This document shows, in pieces, positions 31,952 through 42,648 of a DNA stretch of 64,000 bases (its first letter is position 1; every line of letters starts with the position of its first letter). The notes beneath the pieces are model-generated. The model did no database searches, was not told where the DNA came from, and saw nothing but the letters and a program-made list of their open reading frames with translations. Both the position numbers and the translations under genes were made by a program. The stretch lies in IMG/VR virus record IMGVR_UViG_2684623151_000005; one strand, 5' to 3'. Source of the stretch: an uncultured virus (IMG/VR IMGVR_UViG_2684623151_000005). Its lineage: Duplodnaviria > Heunggongvirae > Uroviricota > Caudoviricetes.

Positions 31952-32476
31952 ATGTTACAAAAAATTATACGTAAAATAAAAAATACTAAGGGATTTACTT
32001 CAATTGAAGTAGCTATATCTGTTATAATTCTTTTAATTGTTATAAGTGGTTTTACTGATTTAACTACTATTCTAAAAAAACAAACAACACTCTCTTCTGC
32101 AAATAGTTATGTCGCAAGAACTGTAGGTCTACAGGGAGGAGTTAGAGTTAATGAACCTCAACAATTTGAAGGTTATAATTATGTTAGTAGTCAAAAGTTA
32201 TATAAGAATTTAAATACTATGTTTAAAGATTCAGGGGTTAGTGAAAGGGACTGGGAATGTGAAATAAATGGGTACAAACTAACTCCAACATTAAATATGC
32301 CTTTAATTGATTTTGGGGACAAATTACGAATCAAAATGAAAGTAAAATATACATGGGGATTGGTAAGCAATTTTATTCCTGGTAGAATAAATGGAGTAAG
32401 AGAATCTGAAAGAATAATAACTTCATCATATAAAATAAGAAATGGTGGATTTAATTCTTCATTAAAATTATCTTAA
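31952..32476 (+). CDS. TadE/type IV pilin-like protein
   Basis: Class III signal KG|FTSIEVAISVIILLIVISG; RBS AAAGGAG before ATG 31952. Confidence 0.75.
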   Translation: MLQKIIRKIKNTKGFTSIEVAISVIILLIVISGFTDLTTILKKQTTLSSANSYVARTVGLQGGVRVNEPQQFEGYNYVSSQKLYKNLNTMFKDSGVSERDWECEINGYKLTPTLNMPLIDFGDKLRIKMKVKYTWGLVSNFIPGRINGVRESERIITSSYKIRNGGFNSSLKLS

Positions 32477-32740
32477 TAACTTTAAAACATATCCTTATTT
32501 ATATATAATAATTTTCTTTAAATAGGTTGTAAGGTATGTATAATCAATCTTTAAGGATATTACCATGAGTAAATACAATGTCCCTATTAGCATGACTAAA
32601 AGGCTTGTCAGGGCAAGAAAATGGTATTTGATTATATACTATCCATTTATGCATAAGATAATTTTGAAAAAAAATCAATAGTATAATTTAAAAAATTTTA
32701 TATATAAATAAAAAAAGTGCCATATGGCACTTTTTTATGT

Positions 32741-33418
32741 TTATGAAAAGCTTGTATAGTCTATTTCTAAATTAGGATTTTGACTATCAAAAAATACTCC
32801 TTCTCCATCTTTAGAAACATCTACAATAATGGCTTTATCTTTAAACTCTTGATTATCTTTATTTGCACTAACTATAGAACTAACTATAGCATTTCCTTGA
32901 TTGACAATATCTTTATCATCTTTTAATGTTATTTTTAGGGCATCAATACCATCTATTTTCTCCGTTCCAGTTGATGCAAATTCACCTACTTCTGTAGCTT
33001 TATCTTTATTAACCTGTAATTCTTTAAAGGTCATTAATTTGCCACCTTCTTTATTTAATACTGCTTTACTTTGTAAATCAGGTGATACAAAGCCATTAAA
33101 CGTATCAAAGTCTTTAGCTCCATCTTTGAATTCATTAACTACTATTTCAGATGGATTTTTTGCTACTGACATAGCTTGTAATGCTATATCTTTTGCATCA
33201 TTTGCATCAAGTTTACCTTCTATGTTAAGCTCATACTTAAAGCCATCACTTTCTTTAGTTGCAGTTGAAACAACTTTATAATCTTTATTCACAAGTTGTT
33301 CAAAAGTATTGTTTGATGATGGAGTATTCTCATATTTATGATAAGCTACTCCTCCAACTATTCCTACAACGACAACTACTCCAGCTACTACCAATCCTAT
33401 AATCTTCTTTTTATTCAT
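32741..33418 (-). CDS. Membrane-anchored secreted protein
   Basis: MNKKK plus hydrophobic helix; AGGAGG RBS. Confidence 0.65.
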   Translation of the reverse strand: MNKKKIIGLVVAGVVVVVGIVGGVAYHKYENTPSSNNTFEQLVNKDYKVVSTATKESDGFKYELNIEGKLDANDAKDIALQAMSVAKNPSEIVVNEFKDGAKDFDTFNGFVSPDLQSKAVLNKEGGKLMTFKELQVNKDKATEVGEFASTGTEKIDGIDALKITLKDDKDIVNQGNAIVSSIVSANKDNQEFKDKAIIVDVSKDGEGVFFDSQNPNLEIDYTSFS

Positions 33419-33600
33419 TTTTTTATTCCTCCTAATTTTAATTGTTAATAAAACAATTCCTTTTTATTTTTTTATTATTATAATTCTATTAACAAATATA
33501 TATAACATTATATTTTTATTTTTTGATTTTTGTCAACTTTATGCTACTAATGAAAAAAATACTAAGTAGATTAAAAATTACCACTTAGTATTTTTTTTAC

Positions 33601-36354
33601 TTAAATAATCTTTTTATTTATATTCTTTTTATTTATTTTATCTTCATCTTTAACTTCATTATTTTTTTTATTTTGAGTTTTATTAGAATCTGTTTTGTTA
33701 TTTTTAGAATCAATATTATTTTTTACTCTTTTGTTATCATTACTATTCGATATATCTTTCTTTTGATTATCTTTATCTACAGTCTTGCTTTTTTCATCTT
33801 CTTTATTTTTAATATTTTCTTCTTGGGCTTTCTTCTTACTTTCTTCAGCTTTTCTCTTAGCCTCTTCAGCCTTTATTTTAGCTTCTTCTTCAGCTCTTTT
33901 TTTAGCTTCTTCCTCTTCTTTTTTCTTTTGCTCTAATCTTAAAACTACATTATATTGACTATTTAAATTATATCTAAAATCATCCAATTTAGCTTTTGCT
34001 CCATCATAAGCAGAAGGTTTCTTAATCTCATTTAACAATGTTTCTAAATTATTCAAATTATTAAATATATCATTGTACTTAGCTTTATCTTCTAATGAAG
34101 TACCTGTATTATCCAAATCAGAACAAGACTTATTTAATTCATCATTAAACTTATCTTCTCTAATCTTTTCTTCTTCATCTGTTAAATGATACATTGTTCT
34201 ATATACTAACTCTCTTAACCTTTGATTTTGCACATAATTTTCTTTATTTATTCTATCATTTTCATTTTCTTTTCTTGCTGATATTATATTCTTTAAATTA
34301 TATGCTGTATCATACAGTTTTCCATTCTTCTCATAAACAGAACTTGGCTTAGTAAACTCTATTTCTTCTAATCCATCATGTAAATATTCCATCCAATCTC
34401 TCCATATATGCCCTGGTGTTCCTCCACCAAACATATCAGGTTGTGGTTTAGGTATATCATCACCAACCCAAACAACAGTAGTATAATAAGGCGTATATCC
34501 TGCAAACCAAACATCTTTAGCACCATCAGTTGTACCTGTTTTACCTGCTTGAGATTCACCATAATTTCTCATTTTAACTCTATATCCAGTTGCCCCAGGA
34601 TTATTAATTACTGACTGCAAACAAGATGTAGCAAGGTAACTCGCTCCACTATCATACACTTTAGTTTCTTCAAAATTATTTTTGTATATTGTTTTCCCAT
34701 TGGTATCTGTAATTTCTACTACATTAGTAGGCTCTATAAACTCTCCATTTCTTTCTAAGGTAGAATAAGCACTTGCCATTTCAACATTAGTAGTTCCTTT
34801 TGTAAATCCTCCTATACCTATTATAGAAGTTTTATCTTCAGGCATAAGGTATCTAAACTCCATATCCCTTAAATAATTTAATGAATTTTCAACACCTACA
34901 AAATCTACAAGTCTTACAGCTATTGTATTTATAGATTGCTCTAATCCTTCTCTTAAAGTAACATATCCCTTGTATGAGTGATACCAGTTTACAGGACCAT
35001 TTTTTATAGGTGCATCATTATATAGTGTAGAGGGAACATATCCTCTTTCAAACGCAGGTGTATAACTAACTACAGGTTTTATAATAGAACCTGGTTGTCT
35101 CGGAGATAAGAAAGCTCTATTATAAGTAGAATCACTTCTTCCACCAACTATTGCAACGACTTCTCCTGTTTTATTATCTATAGTTACAACAGAAGCTTGT
35201 TTTTTATATCTTCCTTCATCATCTTTTAATGAGTATGGTTTCATCTGACTATCAACTATATTTTGAAGTTTTTTTTGCAATTCAGCGTCAATACAAGTCT
35301 TTACGGAATATCCTCCACTTTTGAACTTAGCTTGTGCTACTTCATAAAGCTTATTATAATTCTCATAGTATTCTTGTCTATCCTTATTATCTTTAAATTG
35401 ATATCTAAACACAAACCCTTCACTTTTAAGTATTTCATCTACTGCATTTCTTACAGCAAAGCTAATAGCATAAGGTAGATTAGCATCTATACTTTTATCA
35501 TCTGTTATATCTAACTTAATTTCTGATTTAATAGCTTCATCATATTGTTCAGATGAAATTTTATTTAGATTCTTCATTTGAACTAATATTATATTTCTTC
35601 TTTTAAGCGTATTTTCAATATTAGTTTTTGGATTGTACAAATATGGATTATTAGGTATTCCTGCTAAGAATGCACTTTCTGACAAAGTTAAATCTTTTGC
35701 AGATTTATTAAAGTAATATTGAGAAGCACTCTCTATTCCGTAGCATCCATTAGCAAAATATATATTGTTTAAATAAAATTCTAATATCTCGCTCTTTGTA
35801 AATTTTTCTTCTAATTCTTTTGCTATTACAATTTCTTCTACTTTTCTTGAAAGAGTTCTATTCATTGTTAAAAATACATTCTTGCTTAACTGTTGAGTTA
35901 TAGTAGAACCACCTTGTACATTACCACCATGACTTGTTAAGTATGTCTTTAAAGCTCTAAATATACCTTTATAATCAATAGCTCCATGTTCATAAAATCT
36001 TTCATCCTCTATTGAAATGAAAGCATCTTTAACATAATCGCTTACATCATCTGACTTTACATATTTATATTTAGCACTTTTGAACTCCTTAATTATATTA
36101 TCATCTTTATCATATAATATTGTTGGATTCTTACTATCAAATGTTTTAACAGAAACATCCTTTAGTTTATTTTGCCCTTCAACTATATATCCTTGAATTA
36201 TTGGATTATATTTATCGTAAATTCTATAAGCTCCATATATTCCTAATCCTACAGCACACATATTAATTCCTAATATACTTTTAATAAGAATAGAATGTTT
36301 CTTATTTTTAGCTTTTTTAGATTTACTTTTTTTATTAGATTTTGAATACTTCAA
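33601..36354 (-). CDS. Class A penicillin-binding protein (transglycosylase plus transpeptidase)
   Basis: EDERFYEHGAID, GGSTITQQL, RKVEE; SIIK, SIN and KTG motifs intact; charged C-terminal tail. Confidence 0.95.
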   Translation of the reverse strand: MKYSKSNKKSKSKKAKNKKHSILIKSILGINMCAVGLGIYGAYRIYDKYNPIIQGYIVEGQNKLKDVSVKTFDSKNPTILYDKDDNIIKEFKSAKYKYVKSDDVSDYVKDAFISIEDERFYEHGAIDYKGIFRALKTYLTSHGGNVQGGSTITQQLSKNVFLTMNRTLSRKVEEIVIAKELEEKFTKSEILEFYLNNIYFANGCYGIESASQYYFNKSAKDLTLSESAFLAGIPNNPYLYNPKTNIENTLKRRNIILVQMKNLNKISSEQYDEAIKSEIKLDITDDKSIDANLPYAISFAVRNAVDEILKSEGFVFRYQFKDNKDRQEYYENYNKLYEVAQAKFKSGGYSVKTCIDAELQKKLQNIVDSQMKPYSLKDDEGRYKKQASVVTIDNKTGEVVAIVGGRSDSTYNRAFLSPRQPGSIIKPVVSYTPAFERGYVPSTLYNDAPIKNGPVNWYHSYKGYVTLREGLEQSINTIAVRLVDFVGVENSLNYLRDMEFRYLMPEDKTSIIGIGGFTKGTTNVEMASAYSTLERNGEFIEPTNVVEITDTNGKTIYKNNFEETKVYDSGASYLATSCLQSVINNPGATGYRVKMRNYGESQAGKTGTTDGAKDVWFAGYTPYYTTVVWVGDDIPKPQPDMFGGGTPGHIWRDWMEYLHDGLEEIEFTKPSSVYEKNGKLYDTAYNLKNIISARKENENDRINKENYVQNQRLRELVYRTMYHLTDEEEKIREDKFNDELNKSCSDLDNTGTSLEDKAKYNDIFNNLNNLETLLNEIKKPSAYDGAKAKLDDFRYNLNSQYNVVLRLEQKKKEEEEAKKRAEEEAKIKAEEAKRKAEESKKKAQEENIKNKEDEKSKTVDKDNQKKDISNSNDNKRVKNNIDSKNNKTDSNKTQNKKNNEVKDEDKINKKNINKKII

Positions 36355-36449
36355 TTTCTATTCCTCCTATTGTAAAAAAGTAAAAAAAAATAGCTTGGGG
36401 AGGCCCCAAGCCAACCATTACAAAAACTACTAAACACCACACACAAAAT

Positions 36450-36500
36450 TTAGATAACTTCCCATAGGGTAGTTAAATTAGAAGAGTTTAATGTTTTCAT
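36450..36500 (-). CDS. 16-aa peptide MKTLNSSNLTTLWEVI in a small transcript upstream of the PBP gene
   Basis: RBS AAAGGAGA; promoter TTGACA(36668)-17-TATAAT(36645); terminator 36383-36411. Confidence 0.45.
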   Translation of the reverse strand: MKTLNSSNLTTLWEVI

Positions 36501-36693
36501 AACAGTTCTCCTTTCATATACACATAAATGTGCATCCTTTTTTTTATTTTATTTTTAAATACAAAGCTTCAAGAGCTATGTTTTATATATTTTATATTAT
36601 TAATGCAAACTGTTAAATATAACTCTTTTAATTAAATTAATTATATTAAACGCAATTTTAATTGTCAATTGTCAAAAAACATTAATGATATTG

Positions 36694-37539
36694 CTAATTT
36701 CTATAATTTCTCAATTCATTAATATCTGAACAGCCTGTAATTTTTAAAACATCTGATTGAATTTTATTAAAGTCTAAAGTTTTAGGAAAATCTTTATTAT
36801 ACCATATATTATTTACCGTATCTAAATAGACAGTTCCATATATATTTCCTGCTGATATACCGACATATAATCTTCTCAAAACTTTATCTTTTTTTATATT
36901 TTTTGACCATGAAGAAATCCTATTAATTTTTACAATAGTAGGATTTTCTTGTGTATTAATCCTATTGATGTTATTAGCTACTATTTTATTGCTTACATTG
37001 CATTGTCTTTTCATCATTCCATATACTCTTGCAGTAGCATAGGCATCATCATAAGCCCTATGGTGATTTTCTAATTTTATATTATATTTATCAACCAATG
37101 TTTGTAACTTATGATTTTTAATATCATTATTTATTCTTTTACTTATTGATAATGTATCTATAAGTAAGTTGTTTTTTACAATGCCTATAGTTTTAAAATA
37201 AAACAATAAAAATCTATCCCAATCAAATTTAGCATTATGAGCTATAATTGGTAAGTTTCCTATAAATTCATTTAATCTTCTTAAAACATGGGGATAAGTA
37301 TCTTTATGTTCTATCATTTTATCATTTATACCTGTAAGCTCTATTATTTTTTTTGGAATTTTAATTTCAGGGTCTATTAATTCTGAAAACTTATCTACTG
37401 GTTTACCATTTATTATTTTTATAGCCCCTATTTCTATAATTTTAGCTCCTTTAGTTGGCATTAAACCAGTTGTCTCTATATCTAAACATACATAACTATT
37501 TACTATTTCTTCTTCTTTCATAAAATTAACTCCATTCAT
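36694..37539 (-). CDS. DEDDh 3'-5' exonuclease (PolC/DnaQ epsilon-like)
   Basis: CLDIETTGL, AHNAKFD, IDTL, HHRAYDDA. Confidence 0.92.
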   Translation of the reverse strand: MNGVNFMKEEEIVNSYVCLDIETTGLMPTKGAKIIEIGAIKIINGKPVDKFSELIDPEIKIPKKIIELTGINDKMIEHKDTYPHVLRRLNEFIGNLPIIAHNAKFDWDRFLLFYFKTIGIVKNNLLIDTLSISKRINNDIKNHKLQTLVDKYNIKLENHHRAYDDAYATARVYGMMKRQCNVSNKIVANNINRINTQENPTIVKINRISSWSKNIKKDKVLRRLYVGISAGNIYGTVYLDTVNNIWYNKDFPKTLDFNKIQSDVLKITGCSDINELRNYRN

Positions 37540-37652
37540 AATAAAATCTATATTTAATATATAAAATTATATTTTTATATTTGACTATTGTCAAATATAG
37601 TTGATTTTTTACATAAAAATAGCTAAGATGTACCTAACACCTTAGCATATAA

Positions 37653-38696
37653 TTATTTATTAAAATATTCATTTAAAACTCTATTTGCACGATTTATATC
37701 TAAATCTTTATCACTATATTTTTTATCTTTATATATAAAGCTATCAAGAGCCTCACCATTCTGTTTCAGGTCAGTTAATATAACCCAACCCTTTTTGCCA
37801 TAAATTTGTCCCTTAGAAATTGAATTAATAGGTATTTGTAATGTATCTAAATTTTTATTATCCATATTATAAATAGTATAAGCTAAATTAAGAGCTTTCA
37901 TAAAACTTATATCAGTATCAATATTATCCCATAATTCTCTTGCTATCTTAGGGTACTTTACAACACTAATACCTTTCATTTTCTCTATTAACTTATTCAA
38001 TACTATTCTTTGTCTTTCTGTTCTTGAATAATCTCCTCCAACATTATAACGTATTCTTACATAAGATAAAGCTTGAGTTCCATTTAATAGCTGAACACCA
38101 GGATTCTCAACAAATTTAACATTTTTTCTCTCTATGGCATTATCATTTATATATTTATTAAGTTCTTTTATTTCATTTTTTTTGACATCTACATCTACGC
38201 CTTGAAGATAATCGACTATATCTACAAAACTTTGAAAATTGATAACAGCATAATAATCTATCTTCAAATTTAAATTTTTCTCTATTGTATCTTTAAGTAA
38301 GCCTATTCCCCCATATGCAAATGCTGAATTTATTTTTTGACTTCCATGATTTCTTATAGGTATATATGTATCTCTCATTATTGATGTTATTTTCACTTTT
38401 TTTAGATTAGAATCTATTGTTAATATCATAATACTATCAGTTCTACCATTTGATTTATCCCAATATCTAAAATCAGCACCACATAATAATATATTAGTTA
38501 TTCCTTTCACTTCTTTATAATTGAAATGCTCCTCTTCAGAAGATTTATCCGAGCTTTTATTACTATAATTAATGTTAGAGCTACATAACAAACTCCTATC
38601 TTCCTTTTTTTGTGTTAAATAAATAAAACAGCCTATTGTTGTACAAAATATCAATAATAACAAGAAAATAAGAATTTTTATTACTCTTAATTTCAA
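37653..38696 (-). CDS. LCP (LytR-CpsA-Psr) family glycopolymer transferase
   Basis: N-terminal TM; GRTDSIM, SIMRDT, KINSAFAYGG, YVRIR, GDYSRTERQ. Confidence 0.93.
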   Translation of the reverse strand: MKLRVIKILIFLLLLIFCTTIGCFIYLTQKKEDRSLLCSSNINYSNKSSDKSSEEEHFNYKEVKGITNILLCGADFRYWDKSNGRTDSIMILTIDSNLKKVKITSIMRDTYIPIRNHGSQKINSAFAYGGIGLLKDTIEKNLNLKIDYYAVINFQSFVDIVDYLQGVDVDVKKNEIKELNKYINDNAIERKNVKFVENPGVQLLNGTQALSYVRIRYNVGGDYSRTERQRIVLNKLIEKMKGISVVKYPKIARELWDNIDTDISFMKALNLAYTIYNMDNKNLDTLQIPINSISKGQIYGKKGWVILTDLKQNGEALDSFIYKDKKYSDKDLDINRANRVLNEYFNK

Positions 38697-38816
38697 ACAA
38701 TCAACTCCTTTTTAATAAGAGTAATTTATACAAACAGTTTTAGTCAATCTACTTTTGTCAAATAAGTGCTTAAAGAAAAACAGCTTGAATTAATACAAGC
38801 TGTTTATTTAATAGAA

Positions 38817-39548
38817 TTACTGACATTTATTATCAAAGTATGCTTCAACATTACATATAATATCAAAAACTTCATTTGATATTGTTTCTAAATTATCAGG
38901 ATTTTCTAAAATATCAATATTTAGTTTTATAGTCAAGTCTATATTATATGACTTAATATTCTCTTCATTCATTGAATCTGCATATACGTATGAAGCATAA
39001 CAGGTCATTAAATCAGTTGAGTATTCATATTCTTTTAGGAAGTCCTTTAGAATTCTTGTAAAACGTAGAACTGCAAACTTACCAAAGATACCATTTTTCT
39101 TCATCATCTTACATATGGAATCATCTCTTTTATCTTCATCAATTTCATCAATTGCAAAATATCTCTCTATAAAATCTTTTCCAAATGAGATTATCTTTCT
39201 TATTTTTATTGATTCTGAAGATGGTACTGATTCGCATTCGATATTCTTTAATTCGCCTAAAGCTAAAATCTTTTCTTGTAATTCGTTTAGTATAACATCA
39301 TATTCTACTTTCAACTCTTCTTCAGTTTTTAAATATGCTTCCCTGCACTTCAAATTTTCATACAATTCATTGTAGGATAAATCTTTATCCTTTATAGCTA
39401 AATTTATGTCAGCCCCAACATTAAATACTTTGCACTTTTCATCTAATGCAAATATTAAAGACTCCCTAACTATTTCAGGATAAGTGTCCTTAATTAGTTC
39501 TTCTTTATATTTTAATAACTCCATACCAAGACTATTTATTTTATTCAA
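38817..39548 (-). CDS. Hypothetical protein
   Basis: 243-aa acidic ORF, TTG start with AAAGGAG RBS. Confidence 0.65.
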   Translation of the reverse strand: MNKINSLGMELLKYKEELIKDTYPEIVRESLIFALDEKCKVFNVGADINLAIKDKDLSYNELYENLKCREAYLKTEEELKVEYDVILNELQEKILALGELKNIECESVPSSESIKIRKIISFGKDFIERYFAIDEIDEDKRDDSICKMMKKNGIFGKFAVLRFTRILKDFLKEYEYSTDLMTCYASYVYADSMNEENIKSYNIDLTIKLNIDILENPDNLETISNEVFDIICNVEAYFDNKCQ

Positions 39549-39707
39549 TGTATAACACTCCTTTCATTGTATTATTTTATTAATACTTCTCAAAAATAAT
39601 AATTAATTTTGCTACTCAATGACTGCCTATTGAAAACAAAAATTTAATATATAACAATAAAAAAAGTTGATAAGACAAAATCTTATCAACTTATTAATTA
39701 ATTTAAA

Positions 39708-40265
39708 CTAAACTGTTTTCTTTTGAGAAACATCTAAATAACATTTACCCAAAATATCTTTTGATATATCTAAGCATCCAACAGAAGCATTACGACTATC
39801 TAAACTATTATTTCTATTGTCACCCATAACAAAAACTTTTCCTTTTGGTATAATTTCAGAAACAAATTCAGTTATATTCATTGGCTCTTTAATATAATCC
39901 TCATTTATCTCTGTTCCATTCAAATATACTTTTCCGTTCTCTATTAGTATTTTATCTCCTGGTAAACCTATAACTCTTTTTATTAGTAATCTATCACCAT
40001 TATCTAAACAACTTTTCGTAACAACAATATCACCATGATTTATTTTTGAAAGTCTATTCATAAGCATATAGTCTGAATTATTTAAGGTGTTTTCCATACT
40101 ATGACCATTGACTTTTACTGGCATTGCTACTGCTCTTATAGTAAGTCCTATACCAAGTCCAATTAAGATAACGATTAAGTTTTCAGCAATTATTTTCTTC
40201 CAGCTTTTTTCTTTAGCTTCTAAATTACTTTCATTATTTTTTTTCATTAGTTTTCTTAAAAGCAT
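39708..40265 (-). CDS. lepB: Signal peptidase I
   Basis: GHSMENTL, IKRVIGLPGD, GDNRNNSLDSR. Confidence 0.95.
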   Translation of the reverse strand: MLLRKLMKKNNESNLEAKEKSWKKIIAENLIVILIGLGIGLTIRAVAMPVKVNGHSMENTLNNSDYMLMNRLSKINHGDIVVTKSCLDNGDRLLIKRVIGLPGDKILIENGKVYLNGTEINEDYIKEPMNITEFVSEIIPKGKVFVMGDNRNNSLDSRNASVGCLDISKDILGKCYLDVSQKKTV

Positions 40266-40578
40266 ACTTATCCACCTTTCCTTTTTATTTTCTGTATATA
40301 AATATTTTTTATTTCTATTATATAAAATGTATTTTGCTTTTATTAAATTTATATATATATATTAACATTTTACTTAACATTTGTCAAATATACATTACAT
40401 AATTGGATATTAACAATAAAACAAAAGGACATATAGTTTTACTATATGCCCTGAACAGAGTTTTATGGAAAGTTTCAAAAAAAAAAATGATTTTATTAAT
40501 TGATTAAATATATAGCTAATCAGTTATTAAAACTACATTTTTTAGGTAACTTAATTATAGTTTTAACTTTGACTTTTG

Positions 40579-40941
40579 TCAAGTATGAAAAGTTTTGTTT
40601 TTGGACAAAACTGATTGTTTTATCATTGTATCAAATATATAGTTTAAAGCATAATTAAGTTCATACTCTGTTTTTTTATCTATATCTACTTTTTCCTCAT
40701 ACTCTAAAATAGCTAATAATTCAATCAGTTCTACATTTAAATAATTTGAAGCTATTTTAAGCATATCAAAATTATATCTTGATTCATAATCTACAAATAA
40801 TTTTGCGTATTTTTCAGATATATTATAAATTTTCATTAAATCTAAAAATGTATGCCTATTAAATTCCATTTTATTTATCATCATAGACACTATATCGTCA
40901 TTTGTAAATAATGGCCTTCTTATATACATAATACAAATCAA
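40579..40941 (-). CDS. Hypothetical protein (possible HTH)
   Basis: 120 aa, TTG start with AAGGGGG RBS. Confidence 0.5.
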   Translation of the reverse strand: MICIMYIRRPLFTNDDIVSMMINKMEFNRHTFLDLMKIYNISEKYAKLFVDYESRYNFDMLKIASNYLNVELIELLAILEYEEKVDIDKKTEYELNYALNYIFDTMIKQSVLSKNKTFHT

Positions 40942-40957
40942 CCCCCTTTATTTTTCA

Positions 40958-41656
40958 TTACAGCTCCTTTTGAGTATATCCTAAACCATCTAATATCCTA
41001 CATATATTTTCTTGTTTGCTAAAAAAATCAAAGTTTTTATCTCGAATATACTCATTAGTACATTTAATCTCTGCTATTTTGTTTTTTAAATCATATATAG
41101 ACTTATTGTTCTCATCTAAATCTTTAAGAATATTATCTTTATATTTCTTCTTATTACAGGCAATATTTATTAATTTAAATATATTAGCTCCCCCATCTAT
41201 AAGAGGATTATCATACCTTATTTGGTTTTCCTGCTGTATTTTCAACAATTGGTCAAGTTCTGCTCTTGTTTCATTCTCTTTTATAGCTAATTCTTCACAA
41301 TCTTGATTTTTAATAATAATATAAAGTTTGTTATATATGTCTATATTAAATAAAGGTTCTGAATTATATAGAACTTCTATATAACTCCCAAATTCATTTT
41401 CATCAAAATTAAAATATATATTATCTTCTTTAAATAAATTTCTTAATTCAGGGAAAACCTTTTTATATAAATCACTTTGTAAATTTAGCAAATCTAATCC
41501 AAAGTAATTATTCATCAATATCAATAAATCTAAATTAATAGGACCTTTAAATAAATCAGTTAATATCATTATTGGTGTCTCATCTACATCTTTTATTTTC
41601 TCTGATAATATATCTATACTCATTTTAATTTTATTAGAATAATTATCTATATCCAT
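40958..41656 (-). CDS. Hypothetical protein with coiled coil
   Basis: 232 aa, GGAGG RBS. Confidence 0.65.
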   Translation of the reverse strand: MDIDNYSNKIKMSIDILSEKIKDVDETPIMILTDLFKGPINLDLLILMNNYFGLDLLNLQSDLYKKVFPELRNLFKEDNIYFNFDENEFGSYIEVLYNSEPLFNIDIYNKLYIIIKNQDCEELAIKENETRAELDQLLKIQQENQIRYDNPLIDGGANIFKLINIACNKKKYKDNILKDLDENNKSIYDLKNKIAEIKCTNEYIRDKNFDFFSKQENICRILDGLGYTQKEL

Positions 41657-41727
41657 TAATTCAATCCTCCAGTTCTTTATTTATATTATACTTTTGATAA
41701 TTAAAATAAAACTTATAATATTTTATA

Positions 41728-41756
41728 TTGACAATTGTCAAATAAGTTAATATAAT
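41728..41756 (+). promoter_or_regulatory. Consensus sigma-A promoter of the tRNA array, overlapped by palindrome TTGACAATTGTCAA
   Basis: TTGACA(41728)-17-TATAAT(41751). Confidence 0.85.
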
Positions 41757-41980
41757 TATATTTGTAATCAAGAATTAAGTAAACTTCCTGATGTTAAAAA
41801 ACTTTCTATATTATTTTGGTACTCAATCAGGCAAGATAAGTCTTGGATTATTCTTCAAAAATAATAAAATGCGTAGTTGTTTTATTGCCCTGTAAGACTT
41901 ATCTTGTTCTTTTGAAAAGAACATGACAAAAAAAGTTATAAAATTTTATGCTATAAAATAATATAGATTATATTTAATAA

Positions 41981-42055
41981 TGATGTGTAGCCTAATGGTC
42001 AGGCAGTTGGCTGTTAACCAACCTTACGAGGGTTCAATTCCCTCCACATCAGCCA
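41981..42055 (+). tRNA. tRNA-Asn(GTT)
   Basis: Cloverleaf TGATGTG/CACATCA, loop CTGTTAA, encoded CCA. Confidence 0.9.
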
Positions 42056-42128
42056 CGTTCATTACATCAGTTGGATAGATGGGCTATGTTTAAATAGCAA
42101 GTCATAGGTTCAAGTCCTATATGAACAT
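42056..42128 (+). tRNA. Atypical/pseudo tRNA with 6-nt anticodon loop GTTTAA
   Basis: GTTCAT/ATGAAC acceptor, CATC/GATG D-stem, GCTAT/ATAGC stem, ATAGG-TTCAAGT-CCTAT T-arm; no CCA. Confidence 0.65.
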
Positions 42129-42560
42129 ACTAATTATTCTTTTTGTTAATCTTATTAAGTTAAGATTTTATACATATATTGTTTATTGTGTTCAATAAAC
42201 AGTTTTAAACTTTATAATTAGGGAAATTACATGATATTAGGAGTCCCCCTGTTTGTAATTTAATCCTCGGATGTTACATTAGGTTGTTTATCAACAATAG
42301 GGAGTGCAAGGCGTTAAATATATATTAAATCTAATCTTCATCTATTTTACATTTTTTAGTAGTTTGTTAATTGTTTTTTCATAATAAGATGAATTTTTTT
42401 GACTATTATTAGTTTTAATTATATTTAGAATAGTTAATTTGCAAGAGTAATAAAAAATAAAAATAGTACTCGCTCGAAATAACTTGCGTAGGGATAGTGG
42501 ACATGTAACAGCAACTTGTTTTGAAATATACGAGGTTTGGGTTTGTGAGTTGCATAACAT

Positions 42561-42648
42561 GGAGAGTTGGTAGAGTGGTCGATTACATCAGTCTTGAAAA
42601 CTGAAGGTGGTAAAACATCCAAGGGTTCGAATCCCTTACTCTCCTCCA
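42561..42648 (+). tRNA. tRNA-Ser(TGA)
   Basis: GGAGAGT acceptor, loop CTTGAAA, long variable arm, CCA. Confidence 0.92.
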
